From positions 237 to 64,236 of the forward strand of contig CALEMW010000148.1 of assembly GCA_937910695.1 (NCBI GenBank): a stretch of DNA of 64,000 nucleotides. Reading direction: 5' to 3'. A program made the translations under genes and the position numbers. The stretch is from an uncultured bacterium. Lineage in GTDB: Bacteria > Krumholzibacteriota > Krumholzibacteriia > LZORAL124-64-63. How positions within the stretch are numbered: position 1 is the first letter of the stretch; every line of letters starts with the position of its first letter. Of the stretch, positions 53,631-63,117 are shown one piece after another. Under the pieces are notes generated by a model, which saw only the letters and a program-made list of their open reading frames with translations, did no database searches and was not told where the DNA came from.

Positions 53631-53637
53631 ACACGAA

Positions 53638-54459
53638 ATGGCCCTGAGGATCAACACCAACGTCGCGTCCCTGAACGCGCAGCGCAACCTGAACAAGAGC
53701 ACGAGCATGCTGAACAAGTCGCTCGAACGCTTGAGTTCCGGTCTGCGCATCAACCGCGCCGCCGACGACGCCGCCGGTCTGGCAATCTCCGAGTCCATGA
53801 AGGCCGACATCCGGGCTCTCGAGCAGTCCGGCCGGAACGCTGCCGACGGCGTATCCATGGTGCAGCTGGCGGAAGGCGCCCTCGATGAAGTGTCGGGGAT
53901 CCTGATCCGCATGCGTGAACTGGCCCAACAGGCTGGTAACGGAACCATGGGTGCCACCGAGCGTGGATACATCGATGACGAGTTCGATGCTCTGTCTCTG
54001 GAGATCAACCGGATCAGCGACGCTGCCGAGTTCAACGGCATCAAGCTGCTCAATGGCGTTGGCGCTACCAGCGATATTCTCGTCGGTACCAGTGCCACCG
54101 ACACGATCACGGTCAATCTCGCAAACGATGCTGATACGACCGGTCTCGGCATCAATGCGGTCGATCTGACGACGGCTGCGACTGCACAGGCCGCCATGGC
54201 TACCATCGATACTGCGATCGGTACCCTCAGTGGCTGGCGCGCCGATTTCGGTGTGACCCAGAACCGGCTCGAGTCGGCCATGCGCTCGATCGACAACTCG
54301 ATCGAGAACATCTCGGCCGCGAACAGCCGTATCCGCGATGTGGACATCGCCGCCGAAACGAGCCGTATGACCAGCAGCCAGATCCTGCAGCAGGCTGGCG
54401 TGTCGGTGCTCGCACAGGCGAACATGTCGCCGCAGATGGCGTTGAACCTGCTCCAGTAG
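53638..54459 (+). CDS. fliC: Flagellin (273 aa, minimal)
   Basis: LRINTNVASLNAQR, RLSSGLRINRAADDAAG and SRIRDVD...ILQQAG. Confidence 0.99.
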   Translation: MALRINTNVASLNAQRNLNKSTSMLNKSLERLSSGLRINRAADDAAGLAISESMKADIRALEQSGRNAADGVSMVQLAEGALDEVSGILIRMRELAQQAGNGTMGATERGYIDDEFDALSLEINRISDAAEFNGIKLLNGVGATSDILVGTSATDTITVNLANDADTTGLGINAVDLTTAATAQAAMATIDTAIGTLSGWRADFGVTQNRLESAMRSIDNSIENISAANSRIRDVDIAAETSRMTSSQILQQAGVSVLAQANMSPQMALNLLQ

Positions 54460-54471
54460 CCGCAACTCCGA

Positions 54472-54502
54472 GGCCGGGAGCCCGCGTCGCGGGCTCCCAG
54501 CC
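54472..54502 (+). other. Strong stem-loop between fliC and fliD
   Basis: GGGAGCCCGC-GTC-GCGGGCTCCC with no U-tract; possible mRNA stabiliser or partial terminator. Confidence 0.6.
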
Positions 54503-54533
54503 GAGGTCGTCATGACACGTTCGGGAGGACGTC

Positions 54534-55853
54534 ATGGGATCGATCACTTTCGGAGGACTCGCATCGGGACTGGACACGAAGTACATCATCCAGTCGTTGG
54601 TGGCCCTGAGGCGCCGACCGATCGACAAGCTCGAAGCCAGGATTGACGATTACAACAAGACCAAGGGTGCCTACTCTGATCTTGAAGCGACGCTGAAGGG
54701 GCTGCTCACCGCTGTCCAGAATCTGGACACACCGAGCGAATTCGCCTCGTTGAGCGCAATCTCCGGCAACGAGGATCTGCTCACTGCCACGGCAGGAGCA
54801 TTGGCTCAGCCCGGTTCCTACTCGGTTTCGGTCGAACAATTGGCTGCAGCCCAGAAGGACCGGTCACAAGGCTACGACGAAGCGAACTCGAGCGTGGGTA
54901 CCGGAACCTTCTCCATCACGGTTGATGGAGTGACCACCGATATCGTGCTGGCTCCAGGTAGCGATGGATTGGCGGATCTGAAGACCGCCATCAACGAATC
55001 GAACGTGGGTGTGACAGCCACGATCATCTACGACGGTTCTGAGACCGGTGGCTACCACCTGGTCATGACAGCCGAAGAGACCGGCACCGACGCCGCGTTC
55101 TCCGTAGACGCCAGCGGCCTGAGCGGCGGTACGTCTCCGGTGTTCGTGAATGTGGATGCGGCCCTCAACGCCTCGTTGACCATCGACGGCCTGAACGTCA
55201 CAAGCCAGAGCAACAGCATCGCCAACGCCATCGAAGGCGTGACCCTGGAACTCGAAGGTGAGGACGCCCTGTCCACGTTCACTCTCGATGTTTCGGTGGA
55301 TGCAACCGCATTGAAGGACAAGGTCCAGACATTTGTGGACGCCTACAATGAGGTGTTTACATACGTCAACGCTCAGAAGTCTGAAGAAGCTTCTCTGCAG
55401 GGCGACCGTACTGTTCGCTCGGTGGTCAGCCGTATTCAGCGCATCATGACCACGGCCCTCGGCTCCGGCGACATCACCATGCTCTATCAGGCGGGTGTGA
55501 AGCAGGCTGAAGACGGGTTCTTGACCTTCGAGGAAGACACGTTTAACGAAGAAGTCGCCGCCGACTACCAGGGCGTGCGCAATCTCTTCGTGAGCGACGG
55601 CAGCCATCAGGGTACAGTCTACCTGCTGGGCATCGCACTCGATGAGATGACAGACTCCGTCGACGGTATGTTGCAAGTCAGCCGCGAAGCTATGGACTCG
55701 CGCATTGAGACTGCTGAAGATCGTATCGTTCGCATGGAACTCCTAGTGGACAGCTACGAAGCACGGATCAGCGCTCAATTCACAGCCATGGAAAACATGA
55801 TCTCCATGCTCCAGTCTCAGGGCAACGCCTTGGCCGGCATGTCCGTCTTCTAG
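54534..55853 (+). CDS. fliD: Filament cap FliD
   Basis: GLASGLDT, VEQLAAAQ, FVDAYN and QFTAME. Confidence 0.96.
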   Translation: MGSITFGGLASGLDTKYIIQSLVALRRRPIDKLEARIDDYNKTKGAYSDLEATLKGLLTAVQNLDTPSEFASLSAISGNEDLLTATAGALAQPGSYSVSVEQLAAAQKDRSQGYDEANSSVGTGTFSITVDGVTTDIVLAPGSDGLADLKTAINESNVGVTATIIYDGSETGGYHLVMTAEETGTDAAFSVDASGLSGGTSPVFVNVDAALNASLTIDGLNVTSQSNSIANAIEGVTLELEGEDALSTFTLDVSVDATALKDKVQTFVDAYNEVFTYVNAQKSEEASLQGDRTVRSVVSRIQRIMTTALGSGDITMLYQAGVKQAEDGFLTFEEDTFNEEVAADYQGVRNLFVSDGSHQGTVYLLGIALDEMTDSVDGMLQVSREAMDSRIETAEDRIVRMELLVDSYEARISAQFTAMENMISMLQSQGNALAGMSVF

Positions 55854-55877
55854 AAAGCGCGAAAGGTTTCCACGACC

Positions 55878-56393
55878 ATGCAGCAGATACGGGGAATCAA
55901 CCAATACCAGCAGGTGACGATGCAGACCGTCTCCCCCGGTCGCATGATCGTGATGCTCTACGAAGGTGCTCTGCGGTTTCTCGAACGCGGCCGCGTGGCC
56001 CTGCAGGACAGGAACATCGAAACGCGGGCGATCAATCTGAACAAGGCGCAAGCCATCGTCTCGGAATTGAGGTTCGCCCTGGATCACGGCGCCGGCGCCA
56101 CCTTCACCAGGGACCTGGAATCCCTCTACGATTTTGTAATCAGCGAGATCAACCAGGCGGTGCTCACCCAGGACGCCGTCCATGTGACCAACGCCATGGA
56201 AACCCTCGTTCCCCTGCTCGAAGCCTGGCGACAGATCCCCATGAACGGCACCAGCGGACCCACCGGAAACGGCACCGAGGTCGTGAATCTCTCCAACGGC
56301 GGAACGAAACCTGCTACGGAAGCATCGTCCGCTCCGGATTCCGCATCCAAGCAGGATTCCGGCATGAAGAGCCACCTCTGCGTCGCGGTCTGA
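55878..56393 (+). CDS. fliS: Flagellin chaperone FliS
   Basis: SPGRMIVMLYEGA, LESLYDF and LEAW. Confidence 0.95.
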   Translation: MQQIRGINQYQQVTMQTVSPGRMIVMLYEGALRFLERGRVALQDRNIETRAINLNKAQAIVSELRFALDHGAGATFTRDLESLYDFVISEINQAVLTQDAVHVTNAMETLVPLLEAWRQIPMNGTSGPTGNGTEVVNLSNGGTKPATEASSAPDSASKQDSGMKSHLCVAV

Positions 56394-56395
56394 TC

Positions 56396-56725
56396 ATGAT
56401 CCCTACGTCCCAACGCATTCTGGAACTGACTCTGGCCGTGGCTGAAGCCGCCGTAGCCGGAGATATCCCGCGTTGTGACGCCCTGCTGACCGAACGCGGC
56501 GAAGCCGTCCGTCGACTGGGCGAACTTCATGCAGAATCCGGCTGTAGCCAGCCCTCGAACGAAGTCAGGGATAATCTGCGACACGTCCAGGAACTGGATA
56601 GGGAGCTCGAGCGGAGCTGGACTCAAGAGCGGGACCTGGCCGGTCGTGAACTGGACCGCATCGCAAGCCGCCCCAAACAAAAACACGGTACCGAAGCACC
56701 GTGTATTATCGACCGTCAAGCCTGA
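56396..56725 (+). CDS. FliT-like protein
   Basis: 109-aa helical protein after fliS; LLTERGE pattern. Confidence 0.6.
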   Translation: MIPTSQRILELTLAVAEAAVAGDIPRCDALLTERGEAVRRLGELHAESGCSQPSNEVRDNLRHVQELDRELERSWTQERDLAGRELDRIASRPKQKHGTEAPCIIDRQA

Positions 56726-56734
56726 TCCTCACCC

Positions 56735-56989
56735 CTAATCCCCGTCCTTCTCCTCGGGATCCTTCTTCTTAAGATTCTCCCGAACCTTCTGTACGTCCTC
56801 TGGAGCCGAATCTGCGGCGCTCATCGTAACACTGCGGATCTCTTCATAGATCTCGTGCCGATGGACGGGTATGGAACGTGGGGCATCGATCCCGACCTGG
56901 ACCTGATCGCCGCGAATATCGACGATCATGATCGAGATGTTGTCTCCGATCATGATCTTCTCGTTGCGTTTGCGGCTGAGGATGAGCAC
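56735..56989 (-). CDS. csrA: Carbon storage regulator CsrA
   Basis: GTG start after GGAGG; [15 protein letters not shown] and [16 protein letters not shown]. Confidence 0.96.
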   Translation of the reverse strand: MLILSRKRNEKIMIGDNISIMIVDIRGDQVQVGIDAPRSIPVHRHEIYEEIRSVTMSAADSAPEDVQKVRENLKKKDPEEKDGD

Positions 56990-57059
56990 GTGACCTCCAT
57001 GTCCCGCTTGGCCCCCGTAGGGTCCGCCAACCCGACGCTGTTGCGCTGATGCGAACCGG

Positions 57060-57590
57060 TCAGGTCCTGACCAGGAACTGCTCCTTGTTCTCGACGCAGC
57101 AATCCTCCTGCGACGATGCATTCGGGGTCTCGGAATCGTCGTTAAGCTCCTCGAGGGCAACGACGTCGGCCCCGAACCTGACATAATCGATCTCTTGGTG
57201 CAAGCAATAGTTTTGTTCGGTCAGGATGCACTGTAACCCACTGTGGTTTTTCACGTTGACCACGACTGGCGCCGTCAGGTTACCTGTGATTCGCTCACCT
57301 CCCTGGTGGATCGTCGTGACGATCATCACCACCAGGTCTTCGGCCTTGGGACTGTCCAACAAACGTTCCGCGCGGTCGTCCAGCTCGAAGGCGTAGTCCT
57401 GGTCGAAGTATCCTGGATCCGTCATCGGTACGCGAAAGCCCGGTCGATCGAGGGATTGGAGCCACTTCAACGGCAGCGGCGGATCCATTTCCGTCAATAC
57501 CCAGCGGCGCAGGGTGGGAAGTCCGACAAGACCCTCCGGCAGGCTGATCACGTCCTCCTCACAGTGTGTCGTTGCTGGCTTGCTGTTCAT
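57060..57590 (-). CDS. fliW: Flagellar assembly factor FliW
   Basis: PEGLVGL, WLQSL and [11 protein letters not shown]; adjacent to csrA. Confidence 0.93.
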   Translation of the reverse strand: MNSKPATTHCEEDVISLPEGLVGLPTLRRWVLTEMDPPLPLKWLQSLDRPGFRVPMTDPGYFDQDYAFELDDRAERLLDSPKAEDLVVMIVTTIHQGGERITGNLTAPVVVNVKNHSGLQCILTEQNYCLHQEIDYVRFGADVVALEELNDDSETPNASSQEDCCVENKEQFLVRT

Positions 57591-57623
57591 CGTATCTCCT
57601 CAGTTCAGGACACTGTCAAATGG

Positions 57624-59180
57624 TTACAGGAAATCGAACAGGTTCATCGACATGATCCTGCTCGAAACCAGAAGGCTGGCCTGATAGGCCGTCTCCGCAT
57701 GGGTCAATTCCGAGGCCACCTCGATGATGTCCGCATCGCGGACGTTGCTCAAATTGGCGTTGAGGCGAGTGTCGCGATCGATGAGCAGGCCCTCGGTCCA
57801 CTCCAGCATCGACTCCCGACCGCCGACTTCGATCTCCAGCTCCAGGACATGTTGCTGGATGGCATCGAGCTCGCCGATGGCGGCCCGCATACCTTCGATG
57901 TCGTTGGCGCGCATCGCGTCGGCCAGGGCTTCGAGAGTTCCGAACAGTCGCGCTGGTTGGCCCGAACCGACAATGCCCAAAGCGTCTGCGGTGCTGTCTC
58001 CGGCCACCGAGGTGATCTGGAAGGTCTCCCCCGTCGTGCTCACGATATCCAGGGCAGCACCATCAAGGTCCATGGTCAGACCAGGCAGACCGGCGCCGAT
58101 CACGGCGGTTTCGAACGCCGTACGGACATCGTCCAGACTGGCGGATCCGGACAGATCGATGATCACGTCGGTACCGTTCATCGTGAGCTGGATCTGTCCG
58201 AGAGGCAGCGCTGTCGCCAGGGATTCCACAGCTGCGAGGTTCGTACTCCATTGCGGCGCGGTGCGGATGTCGGTGCCGGCGATCGTGCCGTCTTCGCTGC
58301 TGCCGACAATACCCAGGCTTGAGGCCGTTCCGGACTCATCGGCGTTGCGGATCGTCAAAGGACCACCTGCGGGATCTGTGATCTCGAGGTTTCGTCCATC
58401 GCTCGAGATCACGGCGGTCAGCCCGGCATCGCCAAGCAGGGAGATCACATCGCCGATGGTCCCTGCCCCCGAGAGATCCACCGTCATGTCCACACCGGCA
58501 TTTCCGGAATACACGATGCTTCCCATGCTCCAACCGTCGCCGCGCGCGATTTCGGAAAGGGCCGTGTTCACTCCGAGACGTGGTCCGAGATCGCCGAAGC
58601 CGCCGAGAATCGACGTGTCCGACCCTAGAAGTTCGCTACCGGGAACGTTGACCTGCATTTCCGTATTCGGAGAAATCGCCACCATCATCCTGTTGACATC
58701 GCCCTGGTACTGGACTTCGCCGGTGGACGAACGGACGAAAGGCTGCAGATCGGTGCGGAAGCCGCCGAACAGGGAACTGCCCTCGACCGACTGGTTCAAC
58801 AGGGTCATGGCTGCGCCGATCAGCCCCTCGACCTCTGCGGCGGCGACGGATCTGGTCTGCCAGCTTGAACTGGCGCCGGATACTTCCCGTCTCGCCACCT
58901 GCGAGGCGTCGCGGATGAGTTCCAGCAGGTCCTGCAGGGCCATATCCGTACTGTCGACCATCGTCCGGGAGCGGTTGATATTGCGGAGGTACTGGTCGTT
59001 CTGGGTCAGGAGCGATTCGTAGTGACGCACGAGCCCAACGCCCCTTGGGTCGTCGGCGTAGGCGTTGATGCGCAGTCCCGTGGAGGTCATCTCCTGCAGG
59101 CGCGCCATGTTGCCGAGGTTGTTCTGGGTGCCGTAATACACCATCCGCGAAATCTGTCCCTCTGTCACTCGCATGACCAT
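57624..59180 (-). CDS. flgL: Hook-associated protein FlgL (518 aa)
   Basis: STGLRINAYADDP, YQGD and AYQASL...MNLFDFL. Confidence 0.94.
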   Translation of the reverse strand: MVMRVTEGQISRMVYYGTQNNLGNMARLQEMTSTGLRINAYADDPRGVGLVRHYESLLTQNDQYLRNINRSRTMVDSTDMALQDLLELIRDASQVARREVSGASSSWQTRSVAAAEVEGLIGAAMTLLNQSVEGSSLFGGFRTDLQPFVRSSTGEVQYQGDVNRMMVAISPNTEMQVNVPGSELLGSDTSILGGFGDLGPRLGVNTALSEIARGDGWSMGSIVYSGNAGVDMTVDLSGAGTIGDVISLLGDAGLTAVISSDGRNLEITDPAGGPLTIRNADESGTASSLGIVGSSEDGTIAGTDIRTAPQWSTNLAAVESLATALPLGQIQLTMNGTDVIIDLSGSASLDDVRTAFETAVIGAGLPGLTMDLDGAALDIVSTTGETFQITSVAGDSTADALGIVGSGQPARLFGTLEALADAMRANDIEGMRAAIGELDAIQQHVLELEIEVGGRESMLEWTEGLLIDRDTRLNANLSNVRDADIIEVASELTHAETAYQASLLVSSRIMSMNLFDFL

Positions 59181-59190
59181 CGGATTCCTC

Positions 59191-60552
59191 CTAGAAGATG
59201 CTCAGGATCGTGTCGAACATGTCCTGAGCCGTCGCGATCACTTTGGCCGATGCGGCGTAGGCATTCTGGTAACGGGCCATGTTGGCCGCTTCCTCATCCA
59301 GACTCACTCCCCGCACGCTTTCTAGGCGCACGGTCAGGGCATCCAAGGTTTGTTGCTGACTCTCGAGCTTGAGCCGAGACGATGCGCCCGCCGCAGCCAC
59401 GTCGGTGATCAAGGTTCCGAACAGCTCCGACAGGTTGTTCTGAATGGAGCTGTTGGCGGTTTCCGTGCCTAGGGCGGCGATCTCCCGGGCGATGTCGTTG
59501 TCACCGGAAAGACCGGTCCGCGAGGTTGCCAGCATATCGGGACGCGATTCGAGTTGCGGGTTCACGCCGATGCTTGCCGCATCTGTGCCTGTGAAGAACA
59601 TCAAGCCGCTGCCGCCCGCGGTACGACCCTGGACATGGACCTGGTTCACGCGATCGATGAGCTCCGCCGCGAAATCGTCGAGCATGGCCTGGGTGTTCAC
59701 GACTTCTGCATGCAGCGAGCTGATCAGACCACCGATCTCGCCGCCTTGAATCCCGAGGGGATAATTGCGGTTGCCCGCGGTGATCTGAACGACGCCGGTT
59801 TCGGCATCGTGGCTCACGTCGAGTTCGTCCACCTGGTCGCGCACCACCACAGTGCGGCCGGCGATGATCACATCGACTGTCCCGTCGCCTCGCCCTACCG
59901 CTTCGACTTCGGTAAGTTGTGCGATCTCCTGCAGGAGGTAGTCTCGCCGATCACGCAGATCGTTGGCGAATTCCCCGGGGCCTTCGGCCAACTGGATCTG
60001 ACCGTTGAGATCGGCAACGCCCCTGAGCAGATCGTTCAGGATCCCGACGCTGTCATTGACCCTCCGTTCCATCTGCACCGCGAGGTCCTGGAAGCCGGCG
60101 GCTGCACCTGAAATCTGACCGGCCAGCAGGGCTGCCTTGTCCAGAACGTCGCGCCGCAGCTCGTCGGTGATCGGAGGCGACGAGAGTTCGCTCCAGCTCG
60201 CGAAGAACGTATCGAGAGCCGTGCCGATGGGGTTGTCGCCGGCCGGCCCCAGCACGAGTTCGATCTCCTGCAGGGTCAGATCGGTTTGCTGTTGGGCCTG
60301 CATGTGCGCTGTTTGTCCGCGCAGACGACCGATGAGGAATTCGTCGGTCAGACGACGGATCCCCGTGATGTCGGCACCGCCGCCCAGCAAGCCGTAGGAA
60401 TTGCCCAACGGCATACGCGTGCCCGTTGTCACGGACTGGCGTGAAAACCCGCTGGTTCCCACGTTGGCCACGTTGTGGCTCGCGGTCTGCAGAGCCGCAC
60501 TGGCCGCGTACAGGCCAGACATACCGATGTCGAGAATACGGTTCAGTCCCAT
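59191..60552 (-). CDS. flgK: Hook-associated protein FlgK
   Basis: HNVANVGTSGFSRQ, NDLRDRRD and GVSLDEE...YQNAYAASAK. Confidence 0.96.
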   Translation of the reverse strand: MGLNRILDIGMSGLYAASAALQTASHNVANVGTSGFSRQSVTTGTRMPLGNSYGLLGGGADITGIRRLTDEFLIGRLRGQTAHMQAQQQTDLTLQEIELVLGPAGDNPIGTALDTFFASWSELSSPPITDELRRDVLDKAALLAGQISGAAAGFQDLAVQMERRVNDSVGILNDLLRGVADLNGQIQLAEGPGEFANDLRDRRDYLLQEIAQLTEVEAVGRGDGTVDVIIAGRTVVVRDQVDELDVSHDAETGVVQITAGNRNYPLGIQGGEIGGLISSLHAEVVNTQAMLDDFAAELIDRVNQVHVQGRTAGGSGLMFFTGTDAASIGVNPQLESRPDMLATSRTGLSGDNDIAREIAALGTETANSSIQNNLSELFGTLITDVAAAGASSRLKLESQQQTLDALTVRLESVRGVSLDEEAANMARYQNAYAASAKVIATAQDMFDTILSIF

Positions 60553-60560
60553 GATTCCTC

Positions 60561-61088
60561 CTAGGCCCTGTGCGTCACGACACCGCCGGTGCCCGCGTCC
60601 GCGCGTTTACCGTTCTCGTCGTAGGATCCTCCGTCGCCTTCCTGGATTCCCCGGCGGAAGACTTCGGCCTCGTCCATCACCAGGTCGAGACAGAAACGGG
60701 CCAGGTTGCCGTTCAAAGCGTTCTGCCTGGCCAATTCTTCGGCGGCCGTCTTCCATTCGTCCCGGAGCAGCAACAACCGCTCGGCTTCAGGATGGCCGTT
60801 CCTTTGGGCCCAATCCTCGAGGGTCTCCACATCACGGGGCCAGCCCCGTCGCTCGGCAAGAGAACGCTGGAGCTGCTCACGGTTGTGTCGAATGCTCTGG
60901 ACTTCAGGCAAAGCACGCTCCCAATCCTTGGTGTTGGACGCAAGACGAGCGGTGTCCTGGTTGCGCATGTAGTGATTCTGGCGGACGGCGAGGCGCCACA
61001 GTCGGCGGTAGGCCTGGGTTTCATCCTCAAGCAGCCCGCACAGTGTGGTCAGATCGTCGGCGATCGTTTTGGTCTCCATCCCGGTCAT
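60561..61088 (-). CDS. flgN: FlgN family chaperone
   Basis: Directly upstream of flgK; ELARQNALNGNL and SYDENG motifs. Confidence 0.8.
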   Translation of the reverse strand: MTGMETKTIADDLTTLCGLLEDETQAYRRLWRLAVRQNHYMRNQDTARLASNTKDWERALPEVQSIRHNREQLQRSLAERRGWPRDVETLEDWAQRNGHPEAERLLLLRDEWKTAAEELARQNALNGNLARFCLDLVMDEAEVFRRGIQEGDGGSYDENGKRADAGTGGVVTHRA

Positions 61089-61987
61089 GGTGTCTCCTCC
61101 GACAAGGTCCCGAAGGGACCATTCTTAAGGGCGTCGTACATGCCGCCCACGTTCATGACGTAATGTTGCGTTTCAGCGATCTCGGGCACCCGGTGCCCGG
61201 CTCTCTCCACACGCCCCGGCCCGGCGTTGTATCCGGCCAGCACTAGCTCCAGATCATCTCCGAACCGTTCTTTGAGTCGAGCAAGGTACCGTGCGCCGCC
61301 GCGGATGTTTTCGACAGGATCGAAAGGATCCTCTACGCCCAGCTCAGCGGCCGTTCCCGGCATCAACTGCATCAAACCCCTGGCGCCTGTTCGAGATTCG
61401 GCATCCGGGCGCCCTGACGACTCCTGCAAGATGACGGCCAATATCAGTTCCCGATCCAGTCCGGTCTCAGCAGCGGCCGCGGAGATCGTGTCGCCGTAGC
61501 GTTCCAACGTGTCCGCCGCCGCTACACCTAGATTGCGGGCTTTTTCGGTCAATCCCGAGTCGTTCCGCGGGACGACCCGACCTTCCGCACCGGCTCCGTA
61601 CGCTGCGAGCGCCCTGCGCACCGACGGCCTGGGCACCGGCTGAAATTCAGGCGCCCGGTCCGCGGCCGGTCGCTCTGGGCGGTTGCCGTGGATGTCCGGC
61701 AGGAAGCGCTGGATGATCATGTCCGCGATCCCCATGCCGTTGGGGCCCGCCGCCACCGTCTTGCTCATCTCTTCGTCCAGCAGGGACCGGTAGGTCTCGA
61801 TACCGCCGCCGTCGTCGATCAGATCCGATTTCATGACCGTGCTGCGCATGTTCTTCATGAGCATGTTGACGAACAGCGACTCGAACTGCTCGGCGGCCTT
61901 GCGCAGTTGAGCCTCCTGCTTCGCCGCGCTGACCTTGGACGGGTCCGCTGCGGCGACGGGCGGGTTCTTAACTGTCGTCGTTTGCAA
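61085..61987 (-). CDS. flgJ: FlgJ: rod-binding domain fused to SLT transglycosylase
   Basis: AAEQFESLFVNMLMKNMR (rod-binding); QESSG, GARGLMQLMPGTA, GYNAG and ETQHYV (SLT). Confidence 0.9.
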   Translation of the reverse strand: MQTTTVKNPPVAAADPSKVSAAKQEAQLRKAAEQFESLFVNMLMKNMRSTVMKSDLIDDGGGIETYRSLLDEEMSKTVAAGPNGMGIADMIIQRFLPDIHGNRPERPAADRAPEFQPVPRPSVRRALAAYGAGAEGRVVPRNDSGLTEKARNLGVAAADTLERYGDTISAAAAETGLDRELILAVILQESSGRPDAESRTGARGLMQLMPGTAAELGVEDPFDPVENIRGGARYLARLKERFGDDLELVLAGYNAGPGRVERAGHRVPEIAETQHYVMNVGGMYDALKNGPFGTLSEETP

Positions 61988-61997
61988 TTCCGGTCTC

Positions 61998-63111
61998 CTA
62001 CATGATCACGAGTTCAGCCTGCAGGGCCCCGGCCACCTTGAGGGCCTGGAGAATCGCCACGATGTCACGGGGACTCGCACCCACTTCGTTCAGCACGGCC
62101 ACGACGTCGGAAACGGTGCCGGAGTCGGGTACATGAATGACCGAAGCTTCCTTCTCCTCCACGTCGGTGATCACCGAAGGCGTGACGATTGTGCGGCCGC
62201 TCTCGTTGAACGAATTCGGCTGCGATACGTCATAGCTGGTCTTGATGATGACTTTGAGATTGCCGTGAGCGACCGCGGCCTCATGCAGCCTGACCCCGGC
62301 ACCCGCAATGATGGTGCCCGTGCGCTCGTTGATGATCACCTTGGCCGTCTGGTCCGCCTCAGCTGACAACTCGCCCATACGCGCGATGAAGTCGACGGGC
62401 TGGGAGAAGAACGCTTCCGGTACGTTCACTTCGATGCGTTGGGCGTCCATTGCCCGGGCTGTGCCGCCGCCGAAGACCATGTTGATGGCGTTGGTGACCC
62501 GCTGAGCGGTCGTAAAATCAGGGTTGTGCAGCAGCCAGGCCATGGTGCCGTCGCGGACCATGCTGCCCGGTCCACGGGTGGTCACCTTGCCGCCGTTGGG
62601 AATGCGGCCGACCGTTGAATGGTTCTTGCGGATCGAGTTGTTGGCCCCGCCGCTGATGTTGAAGCCCCCGATGGACACGGCCCCCTGAGCAACCACGTAG
62701 ACGTTGCCGTCGGTGCCTTTCATGGGCGCCATGATCAGTTCGCCGCCCTCGAGACTCGAAGCGTCACCCAAGGACGACACCTTCACGTCCAGGCGGCTGC
62801 CTGGCGCCGAATGGGGACAGTTCCGAGGTGATCAGCACCGCGGCGACGTTCTTCAACTTGATCTGGGTCTGATCCACCGTCACACCGAGCCGCTCCAACA
62901 TGGAGGTGAGCGAGGCCACGGTATAGGCGGAGCTCTGTCCGTCGCCGGTTCCGTTCAATCCCACGACCAGGCCGTAGCCCAGCAGCGGTTCGGTGGACTG
63001 TCCGTCGAGCATGGCCAGGTCCTTGATGCGCGAGAACGATGCGTCGACACCCGACGCAGTCACGACCACGAACATCAATCCGAGCAGCAGAATGCGTTTC
63101 CACATGGTCAT
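61998..63111 (-). pseudogene. flgI: P-ring protein FlgI, split by a frameshift near 62802-62808
   Basis: The N-part (RIKDL, GYGLVVGLNGTGD, KNVAAV) and the C-part (GSRLDVKVSSLGDASSLEGG...AGALQAEL) lie in different frames. Confidence 0.88.
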
Positions 63112-63117
63112 GTCCCC

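Noticed and set aside
53096-56734. Invertible phase-variation cassette around fliCDST
   Set aside because: No flanking inverted repeats or recombinase gene found.
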